Of a DNA stretch of 64,000 bases, positions 61,972 to 64,000 are shown one piece after another. Under the pieces are notes generated by a model that searched no databases, was not told the DNA's origin, and worked only from the letters and a program-made list of their open reading frames with translations. A program made the position numbers and the translations under genes. The DNA comes from an uncultured cyanobacterium (lineage in GTDB: Bacteria; Cyanobacteriota; Cyanobacteriia; PCC-9006; JAAUQQ01): positions 1,632,001-1,696,000 of the forward strand of contig OY970368.1 of NCBI GenBank assembly GCA_963718615.1. The letters run 5' to 3'. Within the stretch, counting starts at the first letter, position 1. Every line of letters starts with the position of its first letter.

Positions 61972-62041
61972 CATAGAGGGAATCACTTTGCCAAGGCAAG
62001 ACACTCTCCGGAATAACCCGAAAGGACTCATGATTAATCTC
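61972..62041 (+). repeat. Copy 1 of a duplicated structured element
   Basis: CATAGAGGGAATCA...CTCTCCGG...AACCCGAAAGGAC..ATGAT.AATCTC; 53 of 61 aligned positions match copy 2, plus a 9-nt insertion. Confidence 0.85.
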
Positions 62042-62363
62042 ATTTGTCTCGCCCAGCAAAAGTTACTCGGCAAACGCTAGGTTGCGTGACGTGTCGGCAG
62101 GTGATTGGCGCTTGCTCTGAATCTTTCTCTGAATTTTCTTCTGATGCTTTCTTGCAGTCTCTTAGCCCATGCCATGGTAGATTTTCGTGGCACTCATTTG
62201 GCCATCGCTATCATTGTCGTCTGGCTAAAGTTATAAATAGTCTAAGTTCATGGGAAAAACTTGAGCTTAAAATCATCCTTTGTGAAACACAAGTTGCAAC
62301 CAGAGTGCCATTCCCTCAAGGTCTAAATCAGAGAGAATTAAGTTATGCCATCTAGCCATGCTA

Positions 62364-62384
62364 GTTCAGTAACGTTCAGTAACG
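62364..62384. repeat. 10-bp tandem repeat just upstream of the lipoprotein start
   Basis: GTTCAGTAAC x2. Confidence 0.8.
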
Positions 62385-62390
62385 ATTCCC

Positions 62391-63092
62391 ATGAATACCC
62401 ATCAATACCCAGCTCAAAGCCAAGCCTATTGCGATCCTCAGGGCGATCGCTTTCCTCTAATAACCCGTTTCCAACATCTTGCCAATCATCATCTACCTAA
62501 GGCTTTATTATCTGCCTCTCTTCTCCTACTTATCCCGCTTAGCGGTTGTCAAATCGAACGAGAACAAGCGGGGCGACTGCCTGAGGTCGATGTTGATCCA
62601 GGTCGTTTGCCTGAATATGACATTAATGGACCCGATGTGAATGTTGGGGTCACAGAACGAACCGTTACAGTACCTAAGCTTATTGTTATTCAAGAAGAAG
62701 AAACAGTTCAGGTTCCCTATATTGACGTTGATGTTCCTGGTGCGGAACGTCAAGAACGTACGATTACGGCAGAAGTTGAGGTTCCTTCCAATGGCTACGA
62801 TCTAAATATTCAAGAAATCTACTCAGTGGATGGCGAACTTTGGGTTATTTCTAGACTAGTTGAAGAAAATCCAAACGCGCCCGAGACCTCCATGCGCGTC
62901 TCCGATCGCATCGTTTTCAATGCACCTGACATGCCAGTTCGACATTATGTTATTGGCGATCGACCTGCCGGTACCTACAATGAACAATACACGTTTATCG
63001 ACAACCTTGAAGAAATCAATAGCCAGCTTGCGGCAGGACGGCAGCTTTATACTCAGCAAGCATTTCTACCGGGCACCCTCAAGCTTTCATAG
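62391..63092 (+). CDS. Hypothetical lipoprotein
   Basis: LSGC lipobox, (GRLPE)x2 acidic/Val-rich region, C-terminal PSNGYDLNI domain reminiscent of PrcB-C. Confidence 0.75.
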   Translation: MNTHQYPAQSQAYCDPQGDRFPLITRFQHLANHHLPKALLSASLLLLIPLSGCQIEREQAGRLPEVDVDPGRLPEYDINGPDVNVGVTERTVTVPKLIVIQEEETVQVPYIDVDVPGAERQERTITAEVEVPSNGYDLNIQEIYSVDGELWVISRLVEENPNAPETSMRVSDRIVFNAPDMPVRHYVIGDRPAGTYNEQYTFIDNLEEINSQLAAGRQLYTQQAFLPGTLKLS

Positions 63093-63118
63093 GTTCTTCG
63101 GGAATAATGGATTTTGAC

Positions 63119-63179
63119 CATAGAGGGAATCAATTTGACAACCCTCCGGCAGAACCCGAAAGGACCTATGATGAATCTC
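63119..63179 (+). repeat. Copy 2 of the duplicated structured element
   Basis: CATAGAGGGAATCAATTTGACAACCCTCCGGCAGAACCCGAAAGGACCTATGATGAATCTC. Confidence 0.85.
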
Positions 63180-63352
63180 GGTCAACAATTTTGACCAGTG
63201 ACACCAGACAAATATGAGTCTGGTGAATCTTGCCACTTGAAACGGTTAGACGAGCTTCTCTTACCTGTAATTGATACCTGTAACTGAATTCCTCGAAGTT
63301 TCTGGCCCTGCTTGGTTAACGGAACTGTTGAATACACCACGAGGAGACTGTT

Positions 63353-63661
63353 ATGTCGATTGCCCTTGGAATGATTGAGACCCTCGGTTTTCCGGCGGTT
63401 GTTGAAGCTGCGGATGCCATGGTCAAGGCTGCTGAGGTCACCCTCGTGGGCTATGAAAAAATCGGCAGCGGTCGTGTCACGGTGATGGTGCGGGGCAATG
63501 TGTCGGCAGTGCAGGCTTCCATGGCGGCGGGTCTGGCGGCGGTGAAACGGGTGGCTGGGGGAGAGCAGCTTTCTAACCACATCATTGCTCGTCCCCACGA
63601 AAATCTGGAGTATGTCTTGCCCATTCGCTACACGGAAGCGGTGGCTCAATTTAGATCCTAG
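63353..63661 (+). CDS. ccmK: BMC-H carboxysome shell protein, CcmK1/K2-like, orphan
   Basis: [27 protein letters not shown] pore, [15 protein letters not shown]; GAGGAG RBS. Confidence 0.93.
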   Translation: MSIALGMIETLGFPAVVEAADAMVKAAEVTLVGYEKIGSGRVTVMVRGNVSAVQASMAAGLAAVKRVAGGEQLSNHIIARPHENLEYVLPIRYTEAVAQFRS

Positions 63662-63714
63662 TCCCGATCACAGTCTGACTGGATTCAAGTTAAACAATTG
63701 AAGGCCAGCCTCAA

Positions 63715-63741
63715 AGCCGGGTCCCGATCTGAAACCCGGCT
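63715..63741. terminator. Hairpin between the convergent ccmK and por genes
   Basis: AGCCGGGT-N11-ACCCGGCT. Confidence 0.55.
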
Positions 63742-63791
63742 CCTCAGACTGATCAGACGAAGACCTTGGAGTCATACAGGCTAGGCTAAAC

Positions 63792-64000
<209 letters not shown>

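Noticed and set aside
61880-62059. 60-aa N-terminal extension of the ECF sigma factor
   Set aside because: It runs through the duplicated element and starts at TTG; the sigma-like sequence begins near Met61.
61972-63179. Duplicated element as a hammerhead ribozyme or a c-di-AMP, c-di-GMP or glutamine riboswitch
   Set aside because: It lacks CUGANGA and the ordered consensus blocks of those families as far as can be judged by eye; an Rfam scan is still needed.
63182-63649. 155-aa minus-strand ORF over ccmK, and the other short overlapping ORFs in the track
   Set aside because: They are antisense or alternative-frame shadows of well-supported genes and carry no recognisable motifs.
63687-63695. 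AAGTTAAAC match to the XssQ-type consensus
   Set aside because: It lies between convergent 3' ends and is expected by chance.

Overview
Cyanobacterial chromosomal window; the HIP1 octamer GCGATCGC is frequent throughout, and ccmK, por and ferredoxin-sulfite reductase are present. 1-23 kb is GC-richer and mostly housekeeping: a truncated CHAT-protease/AAA gene, ribF, lepB, pyrC, a P-type ATPase, an ArsR/old-yellow-enzyme divergon, an acyltransferase, an FHA-PBP1A, a FecR + CHASE2-GGDEF pair, sir and a lambda-type muramidase. 23-26 kb carries mtnB-mtnD-mtnC and an SDR. 26-56.5 kb is a visibly AT-richer ~30 kb exopolysaccharide locus: Wza/Wzc, Wzm/Wzt, a Wzy-like protein, ten glycosyltransferases plus a WecA-type initiator, and sulfo-, methyl-, acyl-, acetyl- and amido-transferases. 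It ends in an XssQ-like HTH-NACHT regulator followed directly by a pseudo-receiver/degenerate-GGDEF protein that keeps its c-di-GMP I-site. 56.5-64 kb has SDR-accA, an ECF sigma/RskA pair whose neighbour is a DUF4394 protein with a circularly permuted CHRD insertion, a lipoprotein flanked by two copies of an unexplained 61-70 nt structured element, an orphan ccmK with altered edge residues, and the 3' end of por. Best candidates for new biology: a c-di-GMP-receptor/STAND module controlling a sulfated EPS, the permuted CHRD insertion, the duplicated structured element and the orphan CcmK. All calls come from reading motifs by eye; no searches were run.
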